A DNA stretch of 64,000 bases from an uncultured Gemmatimonadales bacterium (GCA_963716255.1 OY970303.1:192001-256000), one strand, 5' to 3'; counted from the stretch's first letter, positions 32,162 through 42,721 are shown. Program-made: numbers and translations. Notes: a model not told the origin generated them from the letters alone.

Positions 32162-33130
32162 TCAGTGCGAGTGCCCGCCGCCCGTCATGTCGTGCTCGAC
32201 CATGGCCGCCATGCGCGCCCGCTGCTCCGGGGTGAGCGCCGCGTCCCGCGCCCGCACGAACCCCCGCCACGCATCCGCCGCCGCCGCGTTCAGCCGCTCC
32301 CGACCCGCCCCCGCCGCCCGCTCCCGCCCCACCGCCGCCGCCGCCGCGTCGCATGCCCGCCGCACCTCGCGCTCCACCGCGCGCCCCGGCCGCGCCAGCA
32401 GCTTCACCCGCCCCGTCTCCTGCCCGCACGTGGCCGGGTCCAGCAGCGCCACCCCCCGCGCCGCGTCCGCATCGCCGGGTTCCGCGAACGACGCCGGAAG
32501 CCCCGCGCGCAGGTAGGGGAGCGCCGTGTGCTCCTGCGCGAACAGCCCCTGCGGGTTGTCCAGCCACACCCAGGCGTGCACCATGGTCAGCCGCGTCCGC
32601 CCGTCCCCCGCCCCCGCCTTTCCCTCGCGGATCCGCCGCTCCGACACCCAGCGCAGCACGGGCCGGTCCTCCGTGAGCATGCGGGCGATGCGGACCACGT
32701 CGTGCGCGTGCCACCGGTCCGCGTCCCCCGCGAACCCCGCCGGGAGCGGCTCGCCGGGCCGCTGGTACACCGTGTAGGCCACCCCCACCAGCACCCGCTC
32801 CCCGCCGACCGTGGCGTACTGGAGCGTGGAGGGGCGCGCCAGGTCGAGCGGGCGCCGCACCCGGTCGGGGTGGTACCAGTGCTCGCCCATCAGGGCGCCT
32901 TCCCTGCCGAAGCGCCGGAAGCCGTCCCGCTCCGCGGCGCGGGGGTCGCGGTAGCGGGCGGTGGCGGCGCGCACCGCCTCCACCTCGCCGGCCAGCGCGG
33001 AGCCGGGCGCCGGCCGCGCGTCCGCACCCGGCGCCGGGGCGGCGTGGCCGTGCCCGGGGTGCTGGGCGGCGAGCGGGGCGGCGGGGGCGGACGCCAGCAG
33101 CACGGCGGCCGCGAGGGCGAGGCGCTTCAT
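32162..33130 (-). CDS. Secreted hypothetical protein
   Basis: Signal peptide; MGEHW, WHAH and MVHAWVW His/Trp motifs. Confidence 0.75.
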   Translation of the reverse strand: MKRLALAAAVLLASAPAAPLAAQHPGHGHAAPAPGADARPAPGSALAGEVEAVRAATARYRDPRAAERDGFRRFGREGALMGEHWYHPDRVRRPLDLARPSTLQYATVGGERVLVGVAYTVYQRPGEPLPAGFAGDADRWHAHDVVRIARMLTEDRPVLRWVSERRIREGKAGAGDGRTRLTMVHAWVWLDNPQGLFAQEHTALPYLRAGLPASFAEPGDADAARGVALLDPATCGQETGRVKLLARPGRAVEREVRRACDAAAAAVGRERAAGAGRERLNAAAADAWRGFVRARDAALTPEQRARMAAMVEHDMTGGGHSH

Positions 33131-33223
33131 GGGACGTGTCCTTGCTCCCGGGGTGGGCGGGCGGGGCGCGCGGCGCGTCCGGGCGCCCCGCTCTCGTACA
33201 CCCGGCGCGGCCGGATCGTTTGG

Positions 33224-33628
33224 CTACTTCGCCTCGGGGTTCTCGATCAGGTGGAGCATCGCCACGCGTTCCCGGTGCGCGCCGATGACCAGCTCGAACT
33301 GGTACGTCCCCTCCGAGGGGAAAACCACGTCGTCCAGCCCCATCACCAGGCGGGTCTGCTGGGGCGGCTCCATGGGGCGGGGGGCGCCCACCTCGGTGTG
33401 TCCGTTGATGGTGCCCACCGGCGCCGCGGCGGGGTCCAGCAGGTCGATCTTGAAGTCCACGCGCCCCGCCTCGTCCGCGTTCCACTCCATCGCCACCACC
33501 AGCGTCATGCGGTCCTGCCGCGCGGGGAAGCCGGGGGCGAAGAGGTGGTGGAAGACGCCGTGCAGGTCCACCCGGCCGTCCGGGCGCATGGAGGCATCCT
33601 CGCAGAGCAGCGCGTACATGACCTTCAC
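33224..33628 (-). CDS. Hypothetical protein (DUF6941-like)
   Basis: ALLCEDA..DGRVDLHGVF; FPSEGTY. Confidence 0.7.
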   Translation of the reverse strand: MKVMYALLCEDASMRPDGRVDLHGVFHHLFAPGFPARQDRMTLVVAMEWNADEAGRVDFKIDLLDPAAAPVGTINGHTEVGAPRPMEPPQQTRLVMGLDDVVFPSEGTYQFELVIGAHRERVAMLHLIENPEAK

Positions 33629-33857
33629 GATCACTCCCTGGTCTTTTTGTCCGTGTGTGGCGGCCGGAGCCATCGGCCGGAAAGCGCGGAATGATAGCCG
33701 CGCGCGGGGTGGCGGGCAACGCGCGGGCCGCGCTCGCGCCCGGGGCGGTCGCGCTGTACCTTCGTCGCGCTCCGGAGCCCCCGGCCCACCCCGGCCGGCA
33801 TCCCGCCCACGGCGGCGGCGACGGCTCCCGGACCCGACACGACCCACGCGCACGAGC

Positions 33858-34928
33858 ATGACGCACCCCATCGCGGTCCGCCGCGCCGAAGAGCTCCGGC
33901 CCCGCCCCTCCGAGGACTCGCTGGGCTTCGGGCGCCACTTCACCGACCACATGTTCCGCATGGACTACGCGCCCGGGCGGGGGTGGCACGACGCGCGGGT
34001 GGAGCCGTACGCCCCGCTCGCCCTGGACCCGGCCGCCGGCGTCCTGCACTACGGGCAGACGGTGTTCGAGGGGCTCAAGGTGTTCCGCGGCGGCGACGGC
34101 GTCGTGCGCGCCTTCCGCATCGACGACCACTGCCGCCGCCTCGCCGCGAGCGCGGCGCGCGTCTGCATCCCCCCGGCGGACCCCGCCGCGGTGCGCGCGG
34201 GGATCGCGGCCGTGGTGCGCGAAGACCTGGAGTGGGTGCCGGCCGCGGCGGGGACCTCGCTGTACGTGCGCCCCACCATCATCGCCACCGAGGGGTTCCT
34301 GGGGGTGCGCCCCGCGGCCGAGTACGCGTGCTTCGTCATCCTCACCCCGGTGGGCGGGTACTTCGCCGCCGGGGTGGCGCCGGTGCGCATCTGGGTGGAG
34401 GAGCACCACATCCGCGCGGCCCCCGGCGGGCTGGGCGCCGCCAAGACGGGGGCCAACTACGCGGCCAGCCTCGCCGCCGCCGTCGAGGCGCGGGAGCGCG
34501 GCTACGCGCAGGTGCTCTGGCTGGACGCGTGCGAGCGGCGCTGGCTGGAGGAGGTGGGGACCATGAACCTGTTCGTGCGCATCGGCGACGAGGTGGTCAC
34601 CCCGCCGCTGGGCGACACGCTGCTGGCCGGCATCACCCGCGACAGCGTGCTGGTCCTGCTCCGCGACTGGGGCGTCCCGGTGAGCGAGCGGCCGCTCTCC
34701 GTCGACGAGATCCGCGACGCGCACCGCCGCGGCGAGCTGCGCGAGGCGTTCGGCACCGGCACCGCCGCGGTGATCTCGCCCGTGGGCACGTTCGGCTTCG
34801 CGGACGGCGAGCTCCAGGTGGGCGACGGCGGGGTGGGCGGGCTGTCGCAGCGCCTGTACGACGCCATCACCGGCATCCAGTTCGGCAGCGTGCCGGACCG
34901 CTTCGGGTGGATGACGCCCATCGCCTGA
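33858..34928 (+). CDS. ilvE: Branched-chain amino acid aminotransferase
   Basis: LHYGQTVFEGLK, AKTGANY, EEVGTMN, GTGTAAVI. Confidence 0.95.
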   Translation: MTHPIAVRRAEELRPRPSEDSLGFGRHFTDHMFRMDYAPGRGWHDARVEPYAPLALDPAAGVLHYGQTVFEGLKVFRGGDGVVRAFRIDDHCRRLAASAARVCIPPADPAAVRAGIAAVVREDLEWVPAAAGTSLYVRPTIIATEGFLGVRPAAEYACFVILTPVGGYFAAGVAPVRIWVEEHHIRAAPGGLGAAKTGANYAASLAAAVEARERGYAQVLWLDACERRWLEEVGTMNLFVRIGDEVVTPPLGDTLLAGITRDSVLVLLRDWGVPVSERPLSVDEIRDAHRRGELREAFGTGTAAVISPVGTFGFADGELQVGDGGVGGLSQRLYDAITGIQFGSVPDRFGWMTPIA

Positions 34929-34953
34929 CCTTTACGGCGTGAACGGCTTGGTT

Positions 34954-35081
34954 GGGCGTGCCCCCGGCTGGCGCCGGGGTCGGGCTTCGGCTCCGTAAAG
35001 CACGATACAACTGTGCTTAACGGAGTCGAGCCCCGGCAAACTGCGCCGGGTCTCGCCCCTTCGGGCCGAAATCCCTCACGC
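34954..35081 (+). repeat. Structured repeat family A, copy 6
   Basis: Direct match; followed by GCTCGCGCTGGCGTCCGC and a partial B element. Confidence 0.9.
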
Positions 35082-35200
35082 GGGGCTCGCGCTGGCGTCC
35101 GCTGGGCCCCCACCCGGCTCGCTTGAGGCTCGCACGGCTTGCCCCTATGTCCCCCGTTCCGAGGGAGGGCTTCCTGTCCCTCAGCTTCGCCGTGTCGTGC

Positions 35201-35240
35201 TCCCCCTCTCCCCTTGCGGGGAGGGGCCGGGGGAGGGGGT
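35201..35240. repeat. REP-like family E (CCCC-CTTGC/GCAAG-GGGG hairpins)
   Basis: Related hairpins near 40941-40990, 50280-50335, 61910-61937 and 63328-63352. Confidence 0.6.
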
Positions 35241-35273
35241 CGCCGTCGCGGTTCAATGGCAGGAGGGCCGCCC

Positions 35274-36560
35274 CTACAGGCGGACGCGCACCGCCTCCGC
35301 GTGCCCGTGCAGCCCCTCCGACTCCGCCAGCCGCACCACGTCCGCCGCGTCGCGCCGCAGCCGCTCCGCCGAGTAGCCGATCAGGCTGGTGCGCTTCAGG
35401 AAGTCGTACACCCCCAGCGGCGAGGCGAAGCGCGCCGTGCCGCCCGTGGGGAGCACGTGGTTGGGGCCCGCGAAGTAGTCGCCCACCGGCTCCGGCGACC
35501 AGCTTCCCAGGAAGATCGCCCCCGCGTTGCGGATGCGCCCGGCCAGAACCAGCGGCTCCATCACCAGCAGCTCCAGGTGCTCCGGGGCGCGCAGGTCCGC
35601 CAGCTCCGCGGCCGCGGCGAGGTCGGGCACCTGCACGATGGCGCCGTTGGCCTCCAGCGCCGCCCGCGCCACCTCGCGGCGGGGGTTGGCCTCCAGCAGC
35701 CGCTCGATCTCGCGCGGCACCTCCGTGAGGTGCGCGGCGCAGGTGGTCACCAGCCAGGCGATCGCGTCCGGGTCGTGCTCCGCCTGCCCGATCAGGTCCG
35801 CGGCGACGTGGCGCGCGTCCGCCAGCTCGTCCGCGATCACCAGGATCTCCGAGGGGCCCGCCACCATGTCGATGTCCACCCGCCCGAAAACCTGCCGCTT
35901 GGCCTCCGCCACCCACTTGTTCCCCGGCCCCACGATCTTGTCCACCCGCCCCACGCTCGCCGTCCCGAAGGCCAGCGCCCCCACCGCCTGCGCCCCGCCC
36001 GCGCGGATCACCTCCGTCACCCCGGCCACGTGCGCCGCCGCCAGCACCACCGGCGCCACCTCGCCGTCCGGCGCGGGCGACACCATGACGATCTCCTCCA
36101 CCCCCGCCACCACCGCGGGGATCGCGTTCATCAGCACCGTGGAGGGGTACGCCGCCCGCCCGCCGGGAACGTAGATCCCCACCCGCCGCAGCGCCGTCAC
36201 CCGCTGCCCCAGCAGCGAGCCGTCCGGGAGCAGGTCCACGAAGCCGTGCTCCCGCTGCCGCTCGTGGAAGCGGCGGACGTTGTCCGCCGCGCGGCGCAGC
36301 GAGGCCAGCAGCGCCGGGTCCAGGGAGGCCGCGGCGCGCTCCAGCTCCTCCCGGGGCACGCGCAGCTCGTCCACGCTCGCCGCGTCCAGGCGGTCCAGGC
36401 GGCGGGTGTGCTCCAGGAGCGCCGCGTCGCCCCGCTCCGCCACGTCGCGGAGGATCCCCGCCACGGCCTCGCGCAGCTCCGGGTCGTCGGTGGAGGCCGC
36501 GGAGGCCAGCCCGCGCAGCTCCGCGAAGGGCGGGCGGCTGTAAAAGGTGCGGATGTTCAC
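35274..36560 (-). CDS. hisD: Histidinol dehydrogenase
   Basis: YVPGGRAAYPST, AGPSE, QAEHD, APEHL, GPNHVLPT. Confidence 0.95.
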   Translation of the reverse strand: MNIRTFYSRPPFAELRGLASAASTDDPELREAVAGILRDVAERGDAALLEHTRRLDRLDAASVDELRVPREELERAAASLDPALLASLRRAADNVRRFHERQREHGFVDLLPDGSLLGQRVTALRRVGIYVPGGRAAYPSTVLMNAIPAVVAGVEEIVMVSPAPDGEVAPVVLAAAHVAGVTEVIRAGGAQAVGALAFGTASVGRVDKIVGPGNKWVAEAKRQVFGRVDIDMVAGPSEILVIADELADARHVAADLIGQAEHDPDAIAWLVTTCAAHLTEVPREIERLLEANPRREVARAALEANGAIVQVPDLAAAAELADLRAPEHLELLVMEPLVLAGRIRNAGAIFLGSWSPEPVGDYFAGPNHVLPTGGTARFASPLGVYDFLKRTSLIGYSAERLRRDAADVVRLAESEGLHGHAEAVRVRL

Positions 36561-37231
36561 GGCTGCGAAGCGTTCGGGGCCGGCCGGGCGCCGCCGTCCA
36601 GCGCGCGCTCCAGGTCGGCGATGAGGCGCTGGTGCTCCTCCAGGCGGAGCTTGTGGCTGGCGCGGTTCACGATGAGCCGCGCCGTGGAGCGCGACACCTC
36701 GTCCACCACCACCAGCCCGTTCTCCTCCAGCGTGCGCCCGGTCTGCACCAGGTCCACGATCCAGTGCGAGAGGCCCAGCAGCGGCGCCACCTCCACCGAG
36801 CCGGAGATGTGGATCAGGTCCGCCTGCAGTCCGCGTGAGGCGAAGAAGCGCCGCGCCGACTCCACATACTTGGTCGCCACCCGCGGCGTCACCCCGCCCG
36901 CCAGGTGCGGGTACGGCGTCCCCACCGGCGCCGCCACCGCCAGGCGGCAGCCGCCGAAGCGCAGGTCCAGCGGGTGCAGCACATCCGGCTCCCGCTCCCC
37001 CAGCACGTCCAGCCCCACCACCCCCGCGTCCGCCACCCCCGCCTCCACGTAGGTGGGCACGTCGATGTTCTTGACCGGCAGGAACTCGAACCGGCCGTCG
37101 CGCGAGGGAAGGATCAGCCGGCGCGACTCCAGCACCGCCGCCTCCACCCCCGAGCCCAGCCGCTCGAAGAGCCCCAGCGCGTCCTCCATGATGCGGCCCT
37201 TGGGAAGGGCCACGCGCAGCGGGCGGCTCAC
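36557..37231 (-). CDS. hisG: ATP phosphoribosyltransferase, short form
   Basis: [30 protein letters not shown] overlaps. Confidence 0.93.
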   Translation of the reverse strand: MSRPLRVALPKGRIMEDALGLFERLGSGVEAAVLESRRLILPSRDGRFEFLPVKNIDVPTYVEAGVADAGVVGLDVLGEREPDVLHPLDLRFGGCRLAVAAPVGTPYPHLAGGVTPRVATKYVESARRFFASRGLQADLIHISGSVEVAPLLGLSHWIVDLVQTGRTLEENGLVVVDEVSRSTARLIVNRASHKLRLEEHQRLIADLERALDGGARPAPNASQP

Positions 37232-38211
37232 CGGTCCTCCGCGGGGAGGAGCTCCGCCAGCGTGTCCGTTTCCAGCGCGAAGCCCACCGCCGGCCGGTCC
37301 GCGCCGTAGAGCCCCAGCAGGTGGTCGTAGCGCCCCCCGAAGCCCACCGCCCGCCCCGCACCCGCCACGAACACCTCCCACTGCACCCCCGTGTAGTAGC
37401 CCAGCCCGCGGATCTCCCCCAGGTCGTACACCACGTGCGCCCGCTCCTCCGGGGTGAGCAGCGCGTCCACCGCACGCAGCCGCTCGATCGCCGCCTCCGC
37501 CTCAGGGCCGGAGGCCAGCGAGCGCGCCCGCGCCAGCACCTCCCCCCGCCCGATCAGCTCCGGCAGCTCCACCAGCGCCCGCGCCACCGCCGCCTGCGCC
37601 CCCAGCTCGCGCGCGCCCTGCGCCAGCGCCGCGCGGTCCTTGCGGTCGATCGCCACGCGAAGCCGCTCCGCCGCCTCCGGCTCCAGCCCGGCCAGCAGCG
37701 GGCGGATGAAGCGGATGTCGCCCAGGTTCACCTGGAAGTCGCGGATGCGGAGCGTCCGCAGGAACCCCAGCGCCATGCGCAGCGTTTCCACGTCCGCCTC
37801 CGCCCCCCCGTCGCCGATCAGCTCCGCGCCCAGCTGGAACGACTCGCGCCGCCGCCCGCCCCCCTCCGGCTCCTGACGGTACACCTTGCCCGCGTACGAC
37901 AGGCGCAGCGGGAGCGGCGCCGCCGCCAGCTTGCTCCCCGCCATGCGCGCGATGGACGAAGTGAAGTCCGCGCGCAGCGCCACCATGCGCCCGTCGCGGT
38001 CCACGAAGCGGATCAGCCGCGCCGCCAGCTCCGGGCCGCCGCTCCGGGTGAACACCTCCTCGTACTCGAAGGTGGGGGGGATCACCTCGTCGTAGCCGTG
38101 CGCCTCGGCGAGCGCGAACCACGCCGCCTGCACCCGGCGGCGGCGGCGGACATCGTCCGAAAGGAGGTCCTGCGACCCCGGGGGAACCTGTGCGAGCGTG
38201 GTGGTCGGCAT
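37228..38211 (-). CDS. hisZ: ATP phosphoribosyltransferase regulatory subunit
   Basis: [23 protein letters not shown]; adjacent to short hisG. Confidence 0.92.
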   Translation of the reverse strand: MPTTTLAQVPPGSQDLLSDDVRRRRRVQAAWFALAEAHGYDEVIPPTFEYEEVFTRSGGPELAARLIRFVDRDGRMVALRADFTSSIARMAGSKLAAAPLPLRLSYAGKVYRQEPEGGGRRRESFQLGAELIGDGGAEADVETLRMALGFLRTLRIRDFQVNLGDIRFIRPLLAGLEPEAAERLRVAIDRKDRAALAQGARELGAQAAVARALVELPELIGRGEVLARARSLASGPEAEAAIERLRAVDALLTPEERAHVVYDLGEIRGLGYYTGVQWEVFVAGAGRAVGFGGRYDHLLGLYGADRPAVGFALETDTLAELLPAEDR

Positions 38212-38284
38212 GGGCGCAAGTATACCGGGAGCCCCGCCGGGCTGGCAACCGCGCGCGGCCGGGGAGGAACAGTTCCGCGGATCG

Positions 38285-38300
38285 CGGCACGCTGCTTGCT
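38285..38300 (+). promoter_or_regulatory. Putative sigma-54 -24/-12 promoter
   Basis: CGGCACGCTGCTTGCT versus consensus TGGCACG-N4-TTGCW. Confidence 0.6.
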
Positions 38301-38359
38301 AATTCACGCCGAACGAGAGAGTTGGAATCGGCATAGCCACTTCGACCAGCGAGGGATCC

Positions 38360-38518
38360 GTGGACATCATCCTCATCATCGGTATCATTCTTCTGGTACT
38401 CGGGATCCTTGGCTTCACGGGGATCTTCGCGGCCCTGAAGAGCATCGCCATCTTCTTGGTGATCATCGCCGTCATCGTGATCGCCTGGCGCGTCATCACC
38501 GGCCGCCGCCCCGTCTGA
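38360..38518 (+). CDS. Small membrane protein, DUF1328/YtjA-like (52 aa; absent from the ORF track)
   Basis: [67 protein letters not shown] motif. Confidence 0.8.
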   Translation: MDIILIIGIILLVLGILGFTGIFAALKSIAIFLVIIAVIVIAWRVITGRRPV

Positions 38519-38635
38519 CGGACGCGGCAGACAGCTCGGGCAGTACGGATCGGCGGAGCGGGGAGCCTTTTTCGGGCTTCCCGCTCCGCGCTTCGTTTGG
38601 GCACGCCGGTTTCGGACGGGGGAAGACCTGGGGGT

Positions 38636-38794
38636 GGGGCCGCTCCGGAGCCCGGCGATACGGCCGCCGGTCTCCTGCGCGGGTCGCGGAGCCAGCCGAA
38701 ACTGCCCGGCTGTCTCCGCTCCGGCTGCGGGAGCCTCGCCAAACCGCCGGCGAGTCTCCCTCCGCAAACGATTTGGGGGGTACTGCGGAACTGC
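38636..38794 (+). repeat. Structured repeat family D, copy 2 (subtype a)
   Basis: Three GAG-C-stem-loop-stem-T-CTC arms. Confidence 0.85.
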
Positions 38795-38832
38795 GGAACT
38801 GCGACGGCACGGCGGACGGCACCATCGCTTCC

Positions 38833-39219
38833 CTACGGCGCCAGCGCCTCGAACCGCGCCGCCACCTCGTCGGGGGAGCGCAGCCACGCCCGCGCCGCCG
38901 CGTGCACCCGACGAAGGCCCGGTCCCTCCATCTCCATCCCGTGGTTCCCCGCGTAGGCGATCCCCGGGATCCCGGCGCGCTCCCGGACGTCCGCCATCCC
39001 CCACCCGCTCACGACCGCCGCCCACACCCCGGGCGCGCCCAGCAGCCGGTCCAGCGCCGCGCGGGTCCGCTCCGGGATCGCCGCCAGCTCCGGCCGGGCC
39101 GCGATGGGCGCCAGCGTCCCGTCGAAGTCCAGCAGCAGCACCAGGCCCCCGCTCCGCCGCCAGGCCCCGCCCCACTCCGCCGCGCGCTCCAGCGCGTGCG
39201 GGAGCGCGCTTCCGCTCAC
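38833..39219 (-). pseudogene. otsB: Trehalose-6-phosphate phosphatase with a large internal in-frame deletion
   Basis: [12 protein letters not shown](W) and AGNHG are followed directly by the C-terminal tail; no cap domain or GDD motif; only 128 aa. Confidence 0.75.
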
Positions 39220-39303
39220 CGCCGCGCCCCGGTTGACCCGTGCGAGCGCGCCCCGCTAGCTTCCCGCCCCGGAGCCACCCCCCACCGCGGAAGCGCAGTC
39301 GCC

Positions 39304-39987
39304 ATGTCGTCCTGGATCGATCGGTTGAAGTTCGACGAGCGCGGCCTCGTCGCCGTCGTCGCGCAGGAAGCCGCCACGGGCGAGGTGCTCATGCTGGCCT
39401 GGGCCGACCGCGAAGCGCTGGAGCGCACCCAGGCGACCGGCCGCGCGCACTACTGGAGCCGTTCCCGCGGCGCGCTCTGGCAGAAGGGCGAGACCAGCGG
39501 CCACGTGCAGGACGTCCGCGAGGTGCGGGTAGACTGCGACGGCGACGCCGTGCTGTACCGGGTCGCGCAGAGCGGCCCCGCCTGCCACACCGGCCAGGGG
39601 AGCTGCTTCCACCGGCGCGTCGAGGACGAGGGCCTGGCGCCCGCCGGCGGCGCGGGCGACGTCCTGTCGCGCATCGAGGAGATCGTCCGCGCCCGCGAGG
39701 CCGGGCGCCCGGAGGGCTCGTACACCACCTACCTGTTCGACCAGGGGGTGGACAAGATCCTCAAGAAGCTCGGCGAGGAAAGCGCCGAAACCATCGTCGC
39801 AGCAAAGAACCCCGGGACGGACGAGCTGCGCTCCGAGAGCGCCGACCTGCTCTTCCACCTGCTCGTCCTGCTCCGCGCCCGCGGCCTCTCCCTGGCCCAG
39901 GTGTACGCCGAGCTGGAGGGACGCTTCGGCGCCCCTCCTCGCGACCTCGACCGGCTGGCGTCGAAGCGGCCGCCCGATCACTCCTGA
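39304..39987 (+). CDS. hisIE: Bifunctional PR-AMP cyclohydrolase / PR-ATP pyrophosphatase
   Basis: WSRSR, KGETSG, DCDGD, ACHTG, GSYT, KKLGEE. Confidence 0.95.
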   Translation: MSSWIDRLKFDERGLVAVVAQEAATGEVLMLAWADREALERTQATGRAHYWSRSRGALWQKGETSGHVQDVREVRVDCDGDAVLYRVAQSGPACHTGQGSCFHRRVEDEGLAPAGGAGDVLSRIEEIVRAREAGRPEGSYTTYLFDQGVDKILKKLGEESAETIVAAKNPGTDELRSESADLLFHLLVLLRARGLSLAQVYAELEGRFGAPPRDLDRLASKRPPDHS

Positions 39988-40712
39988 GCCGCGGCCCGCC
40001 CCGGCGCCCCCATCGTCCCGGAAGCGCCCGGGCGCCCGTCGGCCGCCATCCCCAGCGGCATCGCCACCGGGGCCTGCGCCCCGCCGCGCGCATCCTCCCG
40101 CGCGTCCGTCCCCCCGCCGGCCCGCCGTCTCCCCCGCGCCTGCGCCGGCCTCGCCAACGGCCGGGCCCCCTCCACGAGGAGGGCCGCGTCCAGGATCATC
40201 TCCTCCTCGCCCGGGTCGCGCCACCCGCCCTCCAGAGGCTCGTCCCAGCGCAGCTTCCCCTCGACCGACCGGTACGGCTGCATCCAGAACAGCCGCGTCC
40301 CCGCCGCGTCGCGGGCCTCCGCCACCAGAACCGGGCCGGGCCCCGAGCCCGCGTCCAGCACCAGGTCCAGCGCCAGCAGGAGCGCCGCGGGCGGCTTCGC
40401 CTCCGCGAAGCGCGCGATCGCCCCCGACAGGATCTCGGGCGACGAGCCCACCAGCCCCACCGGCACGGGGATGGCCAGCGTCCGGTACTCCGGGGTGGCG
40501 TGCCCCGGCCGCTCGTGTACGCTCCTCAGGCGGGGGGGCACCGCGCCGCCGTCCGCCGCCGCGCGCTCGAGCTCCTCGCGCATCTCCTCAAGGAACCGGG
40601 TCGCCGCACCCAGTGTCCGCTCCAGACGGGCGATCTTGCTGCACGTCAATGTACCCCCATCGCCGGGCGTTACCGCTTCCCGTCGCGCCCTCCGGGTGGC
40701 GCGTGCCGGCAT
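39978..40712 (-). CDS. Hypothetical protein (start uncertain)
   Basis: Plausible core [30 protein letters not shown]. Confidence 0.6.
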   Translation of the reverse strand: MPARATRRARREAVTPGDGGTLTCSKIARLERTLGAATRFLEEMREELERAAADGGAVPPRLRSVHERPGHATPEYRTLAIPVPVGLVGSSPEILSGAIARFAEAKPPAALLLALDLVLDAGSGPGPVLVAEARDAAGTRLFWMQPYRSVEGKLRWDEPLEGGWRDPGEEEMILDAALLVEGARPLARPAQARGRRRAGGGTDAREDARGGAQAPVAMPLGMAADGRPGASGTMGAPGRAAAQE

Positions 40713-40780
40713 CCTGGCCGACGGGTTTCAGGGTATGCAAACCTTCTGCCACGGGAGAAGAGGGAGTGAAGAGCGGGTTC

Positions 40781-40909
40781 GGGCGTGCCCCCGGCTGGCG
40801 CCGGGGTCGGGCTTCGGCTCCGTAAGCCCGCAAACAACGCGGGCTAACGGAGTCGAGCCCCGGCAAACAGCCGCCGGGTCTCGCCCCTTCGGGCCGAAAT
40901 CCCTCACGC
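40781..40909 (+). repeat. Structured repeat family A, copy 7
   Basis: Direct match; nearly identical to copy 3. Confidence 0.9.
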
Positions 40910-41199
40910 TGGGTTCGCGCTGGCGTCCGCGAGTGCAGACCCCCTCACCCCCCCGGCCCCCTCTCCCCCGCAAGCGGGGGTAAGGGGGAGCACGACAAAG
41001 ACACGTGACAAGGCGAGGGTCAGGAAGCCCTCCCCCAGAATTGGGGGAGGGTGGCGAGCCTAAAGCGAGCCGGGTGGGGGCGCCCCCGCGGACGCAGCCC
41101 GATGTAAGCTCCGAGCACGAAAAATCCCCTCTCCCAGAATTGGGAGAGGGTGGCGAGCCTCAAGCGAGCCGGGTGAGGGCCGTGGTTGCAGGCTGCTCC

Positions 41200-41511
41200 C
41201 TATTCCCTGTTCCCTGGCTTTCCCGCCGCCTCCTCCACGGCGCGCCGGTGCCGCGGCCACACCGCGGTGGCGTAGCGCAGGAAGTTGGCGCGCTCCTCGG
41301 GGAGGTCGGCGAGGAACGACCAGGCGGCGCGGGAGGCCTTGCGCGTGTTGCAGGCCGCGCAGGCGGTCACCAGGTTCCCGGGCGTGTTGTCGCCGCCGCG
41401 CATGCGGGGCTGCACGTGGTCCAGGGTGAGCTGCTCCGCGGGAAAGACCCGGGCGCAGTAGACGCAGCGGAAGCCGTCGCGCGCGAAGACCCCCTCGCGG
41501 CCGGCCGCCAT
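41200..41511 (-). CDS. Small HNH endonuclease
   Basis: RDGFRCVYC, DHVQPR, NLVTACAACN. Confidence 0.85.
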   Translation of the reverse strand: MAAGREGVFARDGFRCVYCARVFPAEQLTLDHVQPRMRGGDNTPGNLVTACAACNTRKASRAAWSFLADLPEERANFLRYATAVWPRHRRAVEEAAGKPGNRE

Positions 41512-41512
41512 C

Positions 41513-42721
41513 TCACTCGCGCCCCACCGCGTACCCCTCGCGGGCCAGCACCCGCACCAGCTCCGCCACGTGGTCGCGGCCCCGCGTTTCCAGCGCCAGG
41601 TCGATCTCCGCCTCCGTCAGCCACAGCCCCTGCACCCCGCGCCGGTGCTCCAGCGTCAGCACGTTGGCGCCCTGCGCGGCCAGCAGGGCCGTGAGCGTCG
41701 CCAGGGCGCCGGGGCGGTCGTCCACCCGCACCCGCAGGTGGGCCAGGCGGCCGTCGCGGATCAGCCCCCGCTCGATGATGCGCGACAGCAGGTTGACGTC
41801 GATGTTGCCCCCGCTGATCACCATCACCACGTTCTTCCCCTCCAGCCCCGCCACGTGCCCCCCCACCACCGCGGCCACCCCGCTCGCGCACGCGGCCTCC
41901 GCCACCGTCTTTTCCCGCTCCAGCAGCAGCAGCACCGCGCTGGCGATCTCCTCCTCGTCCACCGTCACCAGCTCGTCCACGTAGCGCTCGATCAGCCCGA
42001 AGGTGTTGTCGCCGATGCGGCGCACCGCGATCCCCTCCGCGATGGTCTGCGCCGGGGGGATGGTCACCGGCTCCCCGGCCTCGCGCGCCCGCAGCGCCGC
42101 CGGGAGGACCGACGCTTCCACCCCCACCACCCGTACCTCCGGCCGCAGCTCCTTGACCGCCATCGCGATCCCGGAGATCAGCCCGCCGCCGCCCACGGGG
42201 ACCACCACCACGTCCATCTCCGGCACCTGCTCCAGCAGCTCCAGCCCCACCGTGCCCTGCCCCGCGATCACCAGCGGGTCGTCGAAGGGGTGGATCAGCG
42301 TCTGCCCCTCCGTCGCCATCATCCGCCGGGCCTCCTGCATCGCCTCGTCGTACACCGAGCCGTGCAGCACCACCCGGGCGCCGTAGCGCTCCGTGTTGGC
42401 CACCTTCACCAGCGGCGTCCGCTCCGGCATCACGATCGTCGCCGGGATCCCCAGCGCGCGGGCGTGGAAGGCCACCCCCTGCGCGTGGTTGCCCGCGCTG
42501 GCCGCGATCACCCCGCGGCCGCGATCCTCGGCGGGAATGGCGAGCATGCGGTTCAGCGCCCCGCGCTCCTTGAACGAACCGGTGCGCTGCAGGTTCTCGA
42601 ACTTGAACCAGGCGCTCCCGCCGAACATCTCCCCGAACGCCTCCGACGGGGTGCAGGGGGTGTGGACCACGTGTCCCGCCACGCGCTCGCGGGCGTCGCG
42701 GATGTCCTGGAGAGTGAGCAT
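41513..42721 (-). CDS. ilvA: Threonine ammonia-lyase with C-terminal ACT domain
   Basis: ENLQRTGSFKERG, SAGNHAQG, SGGNID, DRPGAL. Confidence 0.93.
   Translation of the reverse strand: MLTLQDIRDARERVAGHVVHTPCTPSEAFGEMFGGSAWFKFENLQRTGSFKERGALNRMLAIPAEDRGRGVIAASAGNHAQGVAFHARALGIPATIVMPERTPLVKVANTERYGARVVLHGSVYDEAMQEARRMMATEGQTLIHPFDDPLVIAGQGTVGLELLEQVPEMDVVVVPVGGGGLISGIAMAVKELRPEVRVVGVEASVLPAALRAREAGEPVTIPPAQTIAEGIAVRRIGDNTFGLIERYVDELVTVDEEEIASAVLLLLEREKTVAEAACASGVAAVVGGHVAGLEGKNVVMVISGGNIDVNLLSRIIERGLIRDGRLAHLRVRVDDRPGALATLTALLAAQGANVLTLEHRRGVQGLWLTEAEIDLALETRGRDHVAELVRVLAREGYAVGRE

Noticed and set aside
40781..40909. Family A as a hammerhead ribozyme, tRNA or riboswitch
   Set aside because: No CUGANGA core or T-arm consensus; no fixed orientation or functional theme in downstream genes
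41200..41511. Small HNH as the mobiliser of the adjacent repeats
   Set aside because: It is coupled to ilvA and looks like an ordinary minimal HNH; adjacency is uninformative given the repeat density
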